From Synergistales bacterium (GTDB lineage Bacteria > Synergistota > Synergistia > Synergistales > JAFGMB01), in contig OY762654.1 of assembly GCA_963666205.1 (NCBI GenBank), forward strand, positions 1,984,001-2,048,000: a stretch of DNA of 64,000 bases, written 5' to 3'. Position numbers and translations under genes: made by a program. The stretch's first letter is position 1, and every line of letters begins with the position of its first letter. The notes under the pieces are model-generated. The model was given only the letters and a program-made list of their open reading frames with translations, was not told the origin of the DNA and searched no databases. Positions 8,459 through 17,727 of the stretch are shown here, piece after piece.

Positions 8459-8893
8459 GTGAGAAAAGCTTTAGTTCCCATTGATACCAGTGCCATAAGC
8501 AGATCTCTTATCAGTTATGCTTTTGGATATGCCAGGAAAGAAGGTATTGAGAAGATCGACTTTCTCCATGTGATATCCAAACATGAACAGAGCTGGGATT
8601 ACAGGCTTGCAGAACTTGATGAAAGATTCCTGGCTGACTCCAGGGAACGTTTCATGTCCATGATCAAGGAGCAGATCGATAAAGGAGCAGATGGAGTGGA
8701 CTATGAGCTTGTGATAGCTTCTGGAGTGCCCTATAGCCAGATAGTTGAAAAGGCAGAGGAAGGCTACGACATAATTCTGATAGGTCACAGAGGCCTTAGC
8801 GATGTTGAGCGGTTCTTTATAGGAAGCGTTGCTGCAAAGGTGGTTCGTCATTCCCCATGTACTGTACTTGTCTATCATCCAAGGGAGGATTAA
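8459..8893 (+). CDS. Universal stress protein (UspA family)
   Basis: LVPIDTS, DIILIGHRGLSDVERFFIGSVAAKVVRHSPCTVLV; AGGAGG RBS. Confidence 0.93.
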   Translation: MRKALVPIDTSAISRSLISYAFGYARKEGIEKIDFLHVISKHEQSWDYRLAELDERFLADSRERFMSMIKEQIDKGADGVDYELVIASGVPYSQIVEKAEEGYDIILIGHRGLSDVERFFIGSVAAKVVRHSPCTVLVYHPRED

Positions 8894-9043
8894 TGGTGCT
8901 GGATTCGATCTTAAGAGAAAGATTTCAGATTTTACCCTGAAGGGACCGGAACAGGAATAAAGTTAGAGCCGGTCCCTTCTTACTGGATTCTATCCAGATC
9001 TTTTCAGCCAGTATTACACCCTCTGTTTTATATTCTCGCCAAG

Positions 9044-9093
9044 TTGACCCCATTTTCGGACTGAGATATAATATCGGATATCGTATCCGATAT
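9044..9093 (+). promoter_or_regulatory. sigma70 promoter overlapped by a palindromic operator (likely GntR autoregulation)
   Basis: TTGACC(9044-9049)-17 nt-TATAAT(9067-9072); ATATCGGATA-TCG-TATCCGATAT at 9071-9093. Confidence 0.75.
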
Positions 9094-9163
9094 CCGAAAA
9101 ATGAAAAATTCCTCATCAACACGTTTTGAATAATCACTGTGCATGTTAAAGGAGAGGGTAGAT

Positions 9164-9817
9164 ATGAAAAAGATCCCTACAATGGCAGAGGTTGTAATGA
9201 GAGATATCGAGAACAGGATAATGGAGGGTTCCTATTCACCTGGTCAGAAACTGAATGTGGATGAGTTGTCAAGGGAGCTCAACGTGAGCAAGACTCCTGT
9301 CAGGGAGGCCCTTGGAAGACTTGCCAGACAGGGCCTTGTTGAATCTCAGCCCAGGGTTGGATGGAGAGTTTCTCTTTTATCGGGGGAGGAATTCTTTCAG
9401 TTCCAGGAGATAAAACACCTTATCCGGTACTACCTTGCCAGTCATATCGCTCCCTACGTGTCAAAGATAAACTTCCAGAAGATCGAGGCCATGAACAGCA
9501 ATATGCACCATTTTACTAAAACGAGGCAGTTCGGCCGGCTTCTTGAGGAGAATGATAAATTCCATATGGAGATATTCGGAGTATACCCCAACAAAGTTCT
9601 CCTGGAATATCTCGATGAAGTAAGCAGTGCCATAAGATTACAGCGAATTTATATGCTGGAACAGAAACATCTTGACGAAGAGAGTCCCCTTATCGTTCAC
9701 GCGGCAAGAGAGCATGAGGATATTATCGAAGCTTTGAGAAAAGGTGACCAGGATGAAATACTGAGATCCTTTGAAAAACACCAGAGAACTATAAGGGAGT
9801 CATCTCACAACGAGTAG
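9164..9817 (+). CDS. GntR family regulator with FCD domain
   Basis: ELSRELNVSKTPVREALGRL HTH; C-terminal FH...EHEDIIEAL. ATG 9164 follows GGAGAGG. Confidence 0.92.
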   Translation: MKKIPTMAEVVMRDIENRIMEGSYSPGQKLNVDELSRELNVSKTPVREALGRLARQGLVESQPRVGWRVSLLSGEEFFQFQEIKHLIRYYLASHIAPYVSKINFQKIEAMNSNMHHFTKTRQFGRLLEENDKFHMEIFGVYPNKVLLEYLDEVSSAIRLQRIYMLEQKHLDEESPLIVHAAREHEDIIEALRKGDQDEILRSFEKHQRTIRESSHNE

Positions 9818-9845
9818 ATGATCCAGGAAGAAAAGGAGTGTTCAA

Positions 9846-12695
9846 ATGATCAGACCTGTATATGATCCAATGAAGGGAAGAATGAGGGTTGCAGCCCTCG
9901 CCTCCGGGTCAGGGAATACCCTGTGGAAAGTACATGATCTTCAACTGGAACTTGAAAAGACCTTTGAAGGCAGTACCTTTGAGGTAGTAGCCCTTTTTTC
10001 GGATAACCCAGGTTCAAAAGCGATTGAAACAGCAGGAGAAAGAGGTATTCCGGTCACTTCAATAGATATAAGGCAGTTCTATGCCGACAGGGAAAAACCT
10101 CTCAGGGACAGAGAAGTGAGAGCTGAGTTCGATAACCGCATAATGGATTTCTTCGAGCAGTATGATCCGGATGTGATCCTTCTGGCAGGTTATGTCTGGG
10201 CTACCACATCGGTAATTACAGGAAGTCTGCCGGTTATAAATGTACATCCTGCAGATCTTTCTGTTAAGGATAGCGATGGAGGAAGGGCATATGCAGGCGC
10301 TAACGGCGTTGGTGCTGCCCTTGCAGACAATGCACAGGAACTCCGGTCCAGTTCTCATCTGGCCACAGATGAGCTGGATGGAGGACCCATAATCCTTATA
10401 AGCCCGCCTGTTCCTGTCGATCAGGATCCTGGTATGGAAGAAAAGGAAAGATTCCGTAAATATCTGAAACTGGTGAATGAACAATCAAGGTCTACAGGGG
10501 CCAGAACGATCCTTGAAATATCACTTGGAAATTTTGGAAGAGATGAAAATGGTCTTCTTCACTATAAGGGAGATCCTGTTCCTGATGGAGTTAAATTGGA
10601 AAGCTGGAGTTCTTTTAAACCTCTCCATGAGAGGGATACTGAAAAACTTCTCAATCCCGGGAGTATTGCCGTTATTGGTGCTTCAGCCAAACCCGGGCTG
10701 GGTAATGCTGTTCTGAGGAACATCGTTGACTATGAATTCAATGGAAGTGTTTTTGCAGTAAATCGAAAAGGCGAAGATGTTCTGGGGGTCAGGGGATACA
10801 GAAGTGTAAAAGAGATCGAAGAGACTGTAGACCTGGCCCTTGTTACTGTACCTGCAAGTTTCGCTGTGGATGTCATAAAAGAGTGCGGAGAAAAGGGAGT
10901 AAGGGCAGTAGCGACCCTGACGGCCGGTTTCAGGGAAATGGGAGAAGAAGGGGCCAGAGCTGAATCTGAAATAATGGAGATCATTAACAGATACAATATG
11001 AGACTCCTTGGTCCCAACTGTATGGGCCTTCTTAATACCGACCCGCAGGTCAGACTTCATTCCAATATGCTTCAGAACATCCCTGCCAGGGGTCCCATAG
11101 GACTCATTACACAGAGTGGGGCCATCGGAGCGGCCATGCTTGACTGGGCCGAAGAGCTAGGTCTCGGATTTTCCATGATCACTTCCACGGGAAATCAGCC
11201 CGATCTCAACATCTGTGACCTTTTACCCCTCTATGCCCTGGACCCCGGAACGAAGGTCATTCTTGCATATCTTGAAATGATCCCTGAACCTGCGAGATTT
11301 GCAAGGATTCTTTCCAGGGTGAATAAAATTAAACCGGTCATTATCCTCAAGTCTGGAAGGACAGAGGCTGGTGCCGCCGCCGCAAGGTCTCACACGGGAA
11401 GTATGGCCGGAAATGAACAGATCGCTGAAGCACTTATCCAGAAGACAGGGGCTCTCAGGGTGAACACTCTGGAAGAAGCCTTTCTCCTGGCTTCGGCCCT
11501 CGGACGGATGCCGAAAGTGAGAGGCAACCGGGTGGGAATCATAAGCAATGCGGGTGGGCCAGGTACCCTTGTGGCCGACGCCCTCCATGATCTGGGTTTT
11601 GAACTCCCGGTTCTTTCCGATGAACTGAGAGACAGTCTGGCAAAGGACATTCTTCCCCAGGCTTCGACTGCGAATCCCCTTGATCTTGTTGCCACTGCTG
11701 CGCCTGAACATTATGGCAAAGCTTCCGGACTTATGGCGGAAAGCGGCATATACGATGCGCTTATAGTTATAATGGTACCCCCCGTAACTGTAGAGACAGG
11801 TTCCGTGGCCCAGGCCATGATCGATTCTCTCAAGGATATCGATATTCCTGTCCTTACTTGTTTCTTCGGCCCTAAAATGGGTAGAGCCGGGCGTAATGTC
11901 ATGCTTGAAGGTAAGATACCCTCTTTCCCCTTTCCTGAACAGACTGCTCAGGTCCTCAACCTCATGAGAGAGACAGAAACACCGGAAAAAGATGCAGCAG
12001 CTTACCCCTCCGCGGTTCCAGCTAGAGAACTAAAGAATACCAGGTCCCTTTTCAAAGGGACTGCCGGTACTTTTCTCCCCCCGGAAAAGTGCCAGACCCT
12101 GCTCATGTCATATGGATTCAAGGTAGCAAGATCCATTCTGGTGTTATCCCCTCAGGAGGTTGATGGCCTGGACTTGAAATTTCCTGTAGTTGCGAAGATA
12201 GATCACAGCGATATTATTCATAAATCCGATAGCGGGGGGGTTATTCTTGACATTGCCGATAAAGGCTCTCTTAAAAAGGTAGTAACCGAAATGTTTTCAA
12301 AGTTTCCCGGGGCAAGGGGTGTGCTGGTACAGGAACAGGTTTGCGGAAATGTGGAGGTGATACTTGGAGCGAAAAGTGACCCGGCCCTTGGTCATGTCGT
12401 TCTGGCTGGCTATGGTGGAGTTGGGGTTGAGGTATTTAAGGATGTGTCACTGGGTCACGTTCCCTTCGACGGGGTAAGTGCCCGGAAGATGCTGAAAGAC
12501 CTGAAGTGTTACCGGATCCTGGAAGGATACAGGGGAAAGCCGGGAGTGGACCTTGAAAACCTAGAAGACCTCATAATGAAAATGCAGGGTCTTCTTATCA
12601 GTAATCCCGAAATAGAAGAGATGGACCTGAATCCCCTTATCTTTGACGGTAAGGAATTTATCGTAGCCGATTACAGGATAAAGATAGCAGGTTAA
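9846..12695 (+). CDS. Fusion: PurN-like formyltransferase plus ADP-forming acyl-CoA synthetase (alpha+beta)
   Basis: N-terminal ~250 aa: ASGSGNTL, INVHPADL, ELDGGPII. Remainder: PGSIAVIGAS, LLGPNCMG, TQSGA, SHTGS, SNAGGPG, NPLDL, IHKSDSGGV, MDLNPL. Confidence 0.85.
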   Translation: MIRPVYDPMKGRMRVAALASGSGNTLWKVHDLQLELEKTFEGSTFEVVALFSDNPGSKAIETAGERGIPVTSIDIRQFYADREKPLRDREVRAEFDNRIMDFFEQYDPDVILLAGYVWATTSVITGSLPVINVHPADLSVKDSDGGRAYAGANGVGAALADNAQELRSSSHLATDELDGGPIILISPPVPVDQDPGMEEKERFRKYLKLVNEQSRSTGARTILEISLGNFGRDENGLLHYKGDPVPDGVKLESWSSFKPLHERDTEKLLNPGSIAVIGASAKPGLGNAVLRNIVDYEFNGSVFAVNRKGEDVLGVRGYRSVKEIEETVDLALVTVPASFAVDVIKECGEKGVRAVATLTAGFREMGEEGARAESEIMEIINRYNMRLLGPNCMGLLNTDPQVRLHSNMLQNIPARGPIGLITQSGAIGAAMLDWAEELGLGFSMITSTGNQPDLNICDLLPLYALDPGTKVILAYLEMIPEPARFARILSRVNKIKPVIILKSGRTEAGAAAARSHTGSMAGNEQIAEALIQKTGALRVNTLEEAFLLASALGRMPKVRGNRVGIISNAGGPGTLVADALHDLGFELPVLSDELRDSLAKDILPQASTANPLDLVATAAPEHYGKASGLMAESGIYDALIVIMVPPVTVETGSVAQAMIDSLKDIDIPVLTCFFGPKMGRAGRNVMLEGKIPSFPFPEQTAQVLNLMRETETPEKDAAAYPSAVPARELKNTRSLFKGTAGTFLPPEKCQTLLMSYGFKVARSILVLSPQEVDGLDLKFPVVAKIDHSDIIHKSDSGGVILDIADKGSLKKVVTEMFSKFPGARGVLVQEQVCGNVEVILGAKSDPALGHVVLAGYGGVGVEVFKDVSLGHVPFDGVSARKMLKDLKCYRILEGYRGKPGVDLENLEDLIMKMQGLLISNPEIEEMDLNPLIFDGKEFIVADYRIKIAG

Positions 12696-12760
12696 TACAA
12701 CGAACATGTACTCTCAAGACCAGCAGTTCAGAATAAATTATTTTGCCAGGAGGTAATTCG

Positions 12761-13978
12761 ATGGGATACAGAGAAGATGGTAAATGGTGGGTTTCACCGG
12801 CTAATTATACGGAAGAAGTTACAGGTAATTACAACTTCGCTGAAAAGATCGAGATTCTTGATACGACCCTGAGGGATGGAGAGCAGCAGCCCGGGATCAT
12901 TTTTACCAGGGACGAAAAGGTCTCTATTGCCAGGAAACTGTCGGAGGTCGGAGTTCACAGGATAGAAGCAGGAACACCCGCGGCATCCCAGGAAGATGCA
13001 GATGCCATAAAGGCGATCGTTGACGAGGGGCTTGATTCGAAGATATTCTGTTTTTCCCGCAATATGGTAAAGGACATGGAACTGGCAAAATCCCTTGGAG
13101 TACATGGGGTTCTTGCCGAGATGATCGGAAGCGAGCAGATGCTCAGATACGGGAAAAAATGGACCCCGGAACAGGCCATTGAAGCATGTGTTGAGGCTAC
13201 CCGGGCTGCTCATGAAATGGGTATGTATGTCACCTTTTTCCCTGCAGATGGCTCGAGAGCAGAATTGAATTATCTTCTTGACTTTGTACAGGCAGTAGCT
13301 GAGGGCGGACACATCGATTCACTCGCACTGGTGGATACCTTCGGAACTTTCTCTCCGGAAGGTGCAGCCTTCATGGTAAGAAAACTCAAGGAGAGATTCG
13401 ATTTTCCGATAGAGGCACATTTCCACAGTGATTACGATCTTGGTGTCGCAACTACTCTTGCCGCCCTTGTGGCTGGAGCAGAAGTGGCTCATGTAACTGT
13501 CAACGGGATAGGCGAACGGGCAGGAAGTGCACCTCTTGGCGCTGTAGCCCTTTCCCTGGAGGCTCTTTACGGTCAGAAAACCGGGATCAGACTTGAAAAA
13601 CTGAAGGAACTTTCAGAAATGGTGGTTGAATACTCAAGGTTCCCGGTATGGCCCATTAAAGCAGTTGACGGAGATCGTCTATTCGGATGGGAAACAGGAC
13701 TTCCATCAAGTCTTTGGGTAAATGCAAAGGAAACCAATCCCCTTATAATGCTGCCCTATCACTATACTCTGACGGGTCAGCAGGAGCCTGTCCTTTATCT
13801 TGGAAAGAAAAGCGGTAAGGATAATCTGAAATACTGGCTGGATAAGGCTGGTGTGGAAATAGACGATAACCAGCAGAAGGAACTTCTGCAGATGGTGAAG
13901 GCAAGGTCTATAGAGATGAAGAGGGATCTTGACATGGATGATTTTAAATCCCTGCTGAGTGCCCTTGGATCAAGGTAG
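12761..13978 (+). CDS. DRE-TIM metallolyase, LeuA/homocitrate-synthase-like (no LeuA regulatory domain)
   Basis: DTTLRDGEQQPG, HFHSDYDLG, VNGIGERAG, LGKKSG; AGGAGG RBS before ATG 12761. Confidence 0.85.
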   Translation: MGYREDGKWWVSPANYTEEVTGNYNFAEKIEILDTTLRDGEQQPGIIFTRDEKVSIARKLSEVGVHRIEAGTPAASQEDADAIKAIVDEGLDSKIFCFSRNMVKDMELAKSLGVHGVLAEMIGSEQMLRYGKKWTPEQAIEACVEATRAAHEMGMYVTFFPADGSRAELNYLLDFVQAVAEGGHIDSLALVDTFGTFSPEGAAFMVRKLKERFDFPIEAHFHSDYDLGVATTLAALVAGAEVAHVTVNGIGERAGSAPLGAVALSLEALYGQKTGIRLEKLKELSEMVVEYSRFPVWPIKAVDGDRLFGWETGLPSSLWVNAKETNPLIMLPYHYTLTGQQEPVLYLGKKSGKDNLKYWLDKAGVEIDDNQQKELLQMVKARSIEMKRDLDMDDFKSLLSALGSR

Positions 13979-13987
13979 ATCAGAGCC

Positions 13988-15148
13988 ATGTCGGCTGTGA
14001 AGATAGCAGAAAGATTTTCAGATCTGCAGCCTTCTCTGATGGTCAAGGTCTTTCGCGCTGCTGCCCAGGTGGAGGATCTCTCGAATCTTGGAATTGGAGA
14101 GCCGGACTTCAATACTGAACCCGACATAGTGGATGCTGCTGCAAGGGCTGGTAAAGAGGGTTTTACCCATTATCCGCCCCTCCCCGGTTTTCTTGATCTG
14201 AGGCAGGAAATATGTTCCTGGTGGGATAAAAAATACGGACTGAAATCGGTCCCGGATGAGGTATTTGTCACCACAGGAGGCATCCAGTCACCATTTCTTC
14301 TTTTCCAGGCCATACTGGATCCGGGAGATGAGGTTATTGTGACTGAACCTTGTTTTGTCGCCTACTTTCAACAGGTTGAATATAACGGAGGCAGAGTGGT
14401 TACGGTTCCATGTTTCGAGGAGAACGGCTTCAAGCCCATGGCAGAGGATATAGAAAAGGCAATCACTCCCAGGACCAGGGCCATCATGCTGAATTCCCCC
14501 TGTAATCCGACAGGAGCTGTAATTGACCGCGTGGAGCTGGAAAAGATCGCTGCAGTGGTGAAGAAACATGATCTCTTTGTCGTATCTGATGAAATCTATG
14601 AGTCTATCCTTTTCGAGGGAGAACATGTTCCCTTTGCGACCCTTCCGGGAATGAAGGAAAGAACCATGACTGTAGGAGGTTTTTCCAAGTCCCATGCCAT
14701 GACTGGATGGCGTATAGGTTATGCCATTGCTCCTCGTGAGATCCTCAGCCTGATGCAGGTCCTGAGCATTGTTCAATCTTTTGGAGTTAATTCTCTTGCC
14801 CAGAAAGCAGCCCTTTATGCCTTGAAAACACAGGAGAAAAAGGTCATGGAGAGAAGGGACATCTTCAGGGAGAGGGTTGACTATACGCTGGGGCGTCTTA
14901 ATGCAATACCTGGGATCAGCTGTCTGAAACCGGGAGGATCCTTCTATCTCTTCCCCAATATAAGCGGAACAGGAATGAATTCAGAAGAATTCACATTCTG
15001 GCTTCTCGAGAAGGCTAAGGTTGCAGTTATACCCGGTATCTCATTCGGAAAGAGTGGTGAAGGTTATGTAAGGATATCCTGCGCCATGTCCCTGAAAGAT
15101 CTGGAGAAGGCCATGGACAGGATGGAGAATGCTCTGAAAAACAGGTAA
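13988..15148 (+). CDS. Class I/II PLP-dependent aminotransferase (aspartate-aminotransferase-like)
   Basis: GIGEPDF, NSPCNPTG, SDEIY, GFSKSHAMTGWRIG. Confidence 0.93.
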   Translation: MSAVKIAERFSDLQPSLMVKVFRAAAQVEDLSNLGIGEPDFNTEPDIVDAAARAGKEGFTHYPPLPGFLDLRQEICSWWDKKYGLKSVPDEVFVTTGGIQSPFLLFQAILDPGDEVIVTEPCFVAYFQQVEYNGGRVVTVPCFEENGFKPMAEDIEKAITPRTRAIMLNSPCNPTGAVIDRVELEKIAAVVKKHDLFVVSDEIYESILFEGEHVPFATLPGMKERTMTVGGFSKSHAMTGWRIGYAIAPREILSLMQVLSIVQSFGVNSLAQKAALYALKTQEKKVMERRDIFRERVDYTLGRLNAIPGISCLKPGGSFYLFPNISGTGMNSEEFTFWLLEKAKVAVIPGISFGKSGEGYVRISCAMSLKDLEKAMDRMENALKNR

Positions 15149-15208
15149 CAGAGTGGAATGCAGGATATTATAATATTCATTTTTTTATCACGATAAGGAG
15201 GGAAACTA

Positions 15209-16561
15209 ATGGATAATAAGGGTAAGAGAGATCAGTTCACTTCCGGTTTTGGATTTGTTCTGGCCTCAGCTGGTTCTGCGATCGGTCTGGGAAATATATG
15301 GCGCTTCCCCTATATGACGGGGACTAATGGTGGAGGAGCTTTCGTACTCCTGTACCTTGCAATAGTTCTTCTGGTGGGTGCGACCCTGCTTCTTGTCGAG
15401 TTCACCATTGGCCGCCATGGTCAGGCAAATGCTGTTGCCAGTTATGGCAAAATAAGTAAACCCTTCAAGTGGATAGGTTATCTCGGGGTCTTTACATCCT
15501 TTCCCCTTCTCGCCTATTACGCAGTCGTAGGCGGATGGACCATCTATTACTCCGTGCAGTCAGCTCTGGGTAAGTTGACCAGCGTTCCTGCAGATCAGAT
15601 GGGAGCATTCTTTGGAGGGTTCATAGGTTTAGTTACATCACCGATCATTTACCTGGCCATTTTTCTTATCTTCACCCTTCTCATTGTGGCAAAGGGTATC
15701 TCTGGAGGTATCGAAAAATGGAGCAAGATCCTTATGCCAGCCATGTTCGTGCTTCTTGTCATTCTTCTGGTAAGGTCTGTCACCCTTCCGGGAGCCATGG
15801 AAGGTGTCAAATGGTACCTTAAACCTGATTTCTCCAAGATCAACGGGTCAGTCGTTGTAGCAGCCCTTGGTCAGGCCTTTTTCTCCCTGAGTGTGGGATT
15901 GTCCGGAATGGTTACCTATGGTTCCTACCTGTCAAAGAAAGAGAACCTCACCACCAACACCCTTACCGTTGTTGGTTTCGATACTCTCATAGCTATCCTT
16001 GCCGGTTTTGTAGTATTCCCTGCCGTATTTGCCTTCTCCATGGAGCCCGGCGGTGGACCCGGTCTTGTGTTTATAACCCTTCCCCAGGTTTTCAGTAAAA
16101 TGCCTATGGGGGCCTTTTTCTCCGCATCTTTCTTCCTTCTCCTGCTCTTTGCTGCCCTTACCTCATCCATTTCTATCATGGAAGTTTCCATATCCTACTT
16201 TACTGAAAGCTTCGAGGTATCCCGCAGGCAGATGTCATGGGTATACGGAATAATCGTATTTGCCCTTGCCATACCTGTTTCTCTCAGTTTTGGTATATGG
16301 GGAGATGTCTCTATCCTCGGAAAGGGCATTTTTGACCTTTACGATTACTTCTGCGCCAATCTGGCCCTTCCCTTCTGTGCCTTCATGTGTGCCATTCTCG
16401 TTGGCTGGGTATGGGGCAGGGATAAAGCAATGGCAGAACTTACCAACAATGGAACCATCGATAACTGGTATATACGGATATGGTTCCCCCTTGTAAAGTA
16501 TGTTTCACCCCTTGTCGTAGGACTTATTCTGCTTAACGCTATAGGGGTTCTGAAATTCTAG
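15209..16561 (+). CDS. Sodium-dependent transporter, NSS/SNF family
   Basis: GSAIGLGNIWRFPY, GGGAF, QAFFSLS, GPGLVF. Confidence 0.95.
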   Translation: MDNKGKRDQFTSGFGFVLASAGSAIGLGNIWRFPYMTGTNGGGAFVLLYLAIVLLVGATLLLVEFTIGRHGQANAVASYGKISKPFKWIGYLGVFTSFPLLAYYAVVGGWTIYYSVQSALGKLTSVPADQMGAFFGGFIGLVTSPIIYLAIFLIFTLLIVAKGISGGIEKWSKILMPAMFVLLVILLVRSVTLPGAMEGVKWYLKPDFSKINGSVVVAALGQAFFSLSVGLSGMVTYGSYLSKKENLTTNTLTVVGFDTLIAILAGFVVFPAVFAFSMEPGGGPGLVFITLPQVFSKMPMGAFFSASFFLLLLFAALTSSISIMEVSISYFTESFEVSRRQMSWVYGIIVFALAIPVSLSFGIWGDVSILGKGIFDLYDYFCANLALPFCAFMCAILVGWVWGRDKAMAELTNNGTIDNWYIRIWFPLVKYVSPLVVGLILLNAIGVLKF

Positions 16562-16589
16562 CAGGATAATCCTGACTGGAATCCGGTTA

Positions 16590-16639
16590 AAATATAAAAG
16601 GCCTCCTGCCGGTTTTTACCGGGGAGGCCTTTTATATTT
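16590..16639. terminator. Bidirectional intrinsic terminator
   Basis: AAATATAAAAGGCCTCC...GGAGGCCTTTTATATTT between convergent genes. Confidence 0.8.
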
Positions 16640-16643
16640 CCCT

Positions 16644-17726
16644 TTAGATATCTTCGAGGGGATGAAGGGTGTCTGTCGGAAAAGATAGACCGACATGTTC
16701 TCCGGGGTTGAAGATCCTTCCAGTTACAGGATTTGTCGTGTGGATGGTAAGGTTGGGAAGTCCTTCAGATCTGACCTCGTATTCCACTATATTTCCAAGG
16801 AAAGTCGTCCTTTCTATCTCTGCTGTGAAATCCCCGGTTTTCCCATCTTCTCCTTCTGATAAGGCTATTGCTTCCGGTCTTATGGTAATACGTACCTTAT
16901 CGCCCGGGTGGAATCTGTCCATTCTGCCTTCAAGATCAAAAGTTTTGTTTTTTATTCTGACCACACTGTTCTCCAGAGCTTCTCCCTGAAGAAAGTTTAC
17001 CTTGCCTATGAAGGCTGCCACAAAACTGTTCCTCGGCCGGGCATAAAGTTCTCTCGGAGTTCCTGTCTGTTCTATTTTTCCCCGGTTCATTACAACGACC
17101 CTGTCTGAGATACTCATAGCCTCCGACTGATCATGGGTCACATATACGCTTGTTATGCCAAGCCTTTTCTGCAGAGCCCGTATTTCGATCCGCATCTGTT
17201 CCCTAAGTTTGGCATCAAGATTGGATAGGGGTTCATCGAAAAGAAGAAGTTCCGGTTCCATTATAATGGCTCTTGCCAGGGCGACTCTCTGCTGCTGTCC
17301 GCCGGAAAGCTGGCTTGGCTGACGGTTCTCCAGTCCCTTAAGTCCCACAAGTTCAAGGGAGAGTTCCATCTTTTCACGGATGGTTTTCTGAGGAAGTTTT
17401 TTCAATCTTAACCCGAAGGCTATATTTTCATATACATTAAGATGGGGGAATATGGCATAGGACTGGAAGACCAGAGTGGTATTCCTTTTATTGGGTCCCA
17501 GGTCGTTTACACGTTTTTTCCCAAAGAAAATATCTCCTGAAGTCGGATCTTCAAAACCGGCGATCATTCTCAGCAGTGTGGTTTTACCGCAACCGCTCGG
17601 ACCGAGGAGAGTTACAAGTTCTCCTTCGCCGACATGCAGGTCCACATTGTTAACGGCTATAACTCCAGAATCCTCCTGGTCAAAACTCTGAAATGTCTTT
17701 GTAAGTCCCTTTATCCGAAGTTCCAT
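16644..17726 (-). CDS. ABC transporter ATP-binding subunit (FbpC/PotA-like)
   Basis: GPSGCGKTT, LSGGQQQRVALARA, LLFDEPLSNLDAKLR, TOBE-like C-terminus; start at MELRIKG. Confidence 0.93.
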   Translation of the reverse strand: MELRIKGLTKTFQSFDQEDSGVIAVNNVDLHVGEGELVTLLGPSGCGKTTLLRMIAGFEDPTSGDIFFGKKRVNDLGPNKRNTTLVFQSYAIFPHLNVYENIAFGLRLKKLPQKTIREKMELSLELVGLKGLENRQPSQLSGGQQQRVALARAIIMEPELLLFDEPLSNLDAKLREQMRIEIRALQKRLGITSVYVTHDQSEAMSISDRVVVMNRGKIEQTGTPRELYARPRNSFVAAFIGKVNFLQGEALENSVVRIKNKTFDLEGRMDRFHPGDKVRITIRPEAIALSEGEDGKTGDFTAEIERTTFLGNIVEYEVRSEGLPNLTIHTTNPVTGRIFNPGEHVGLSFPTDTLHPLEDI

Positions 17727-17727
17727 C

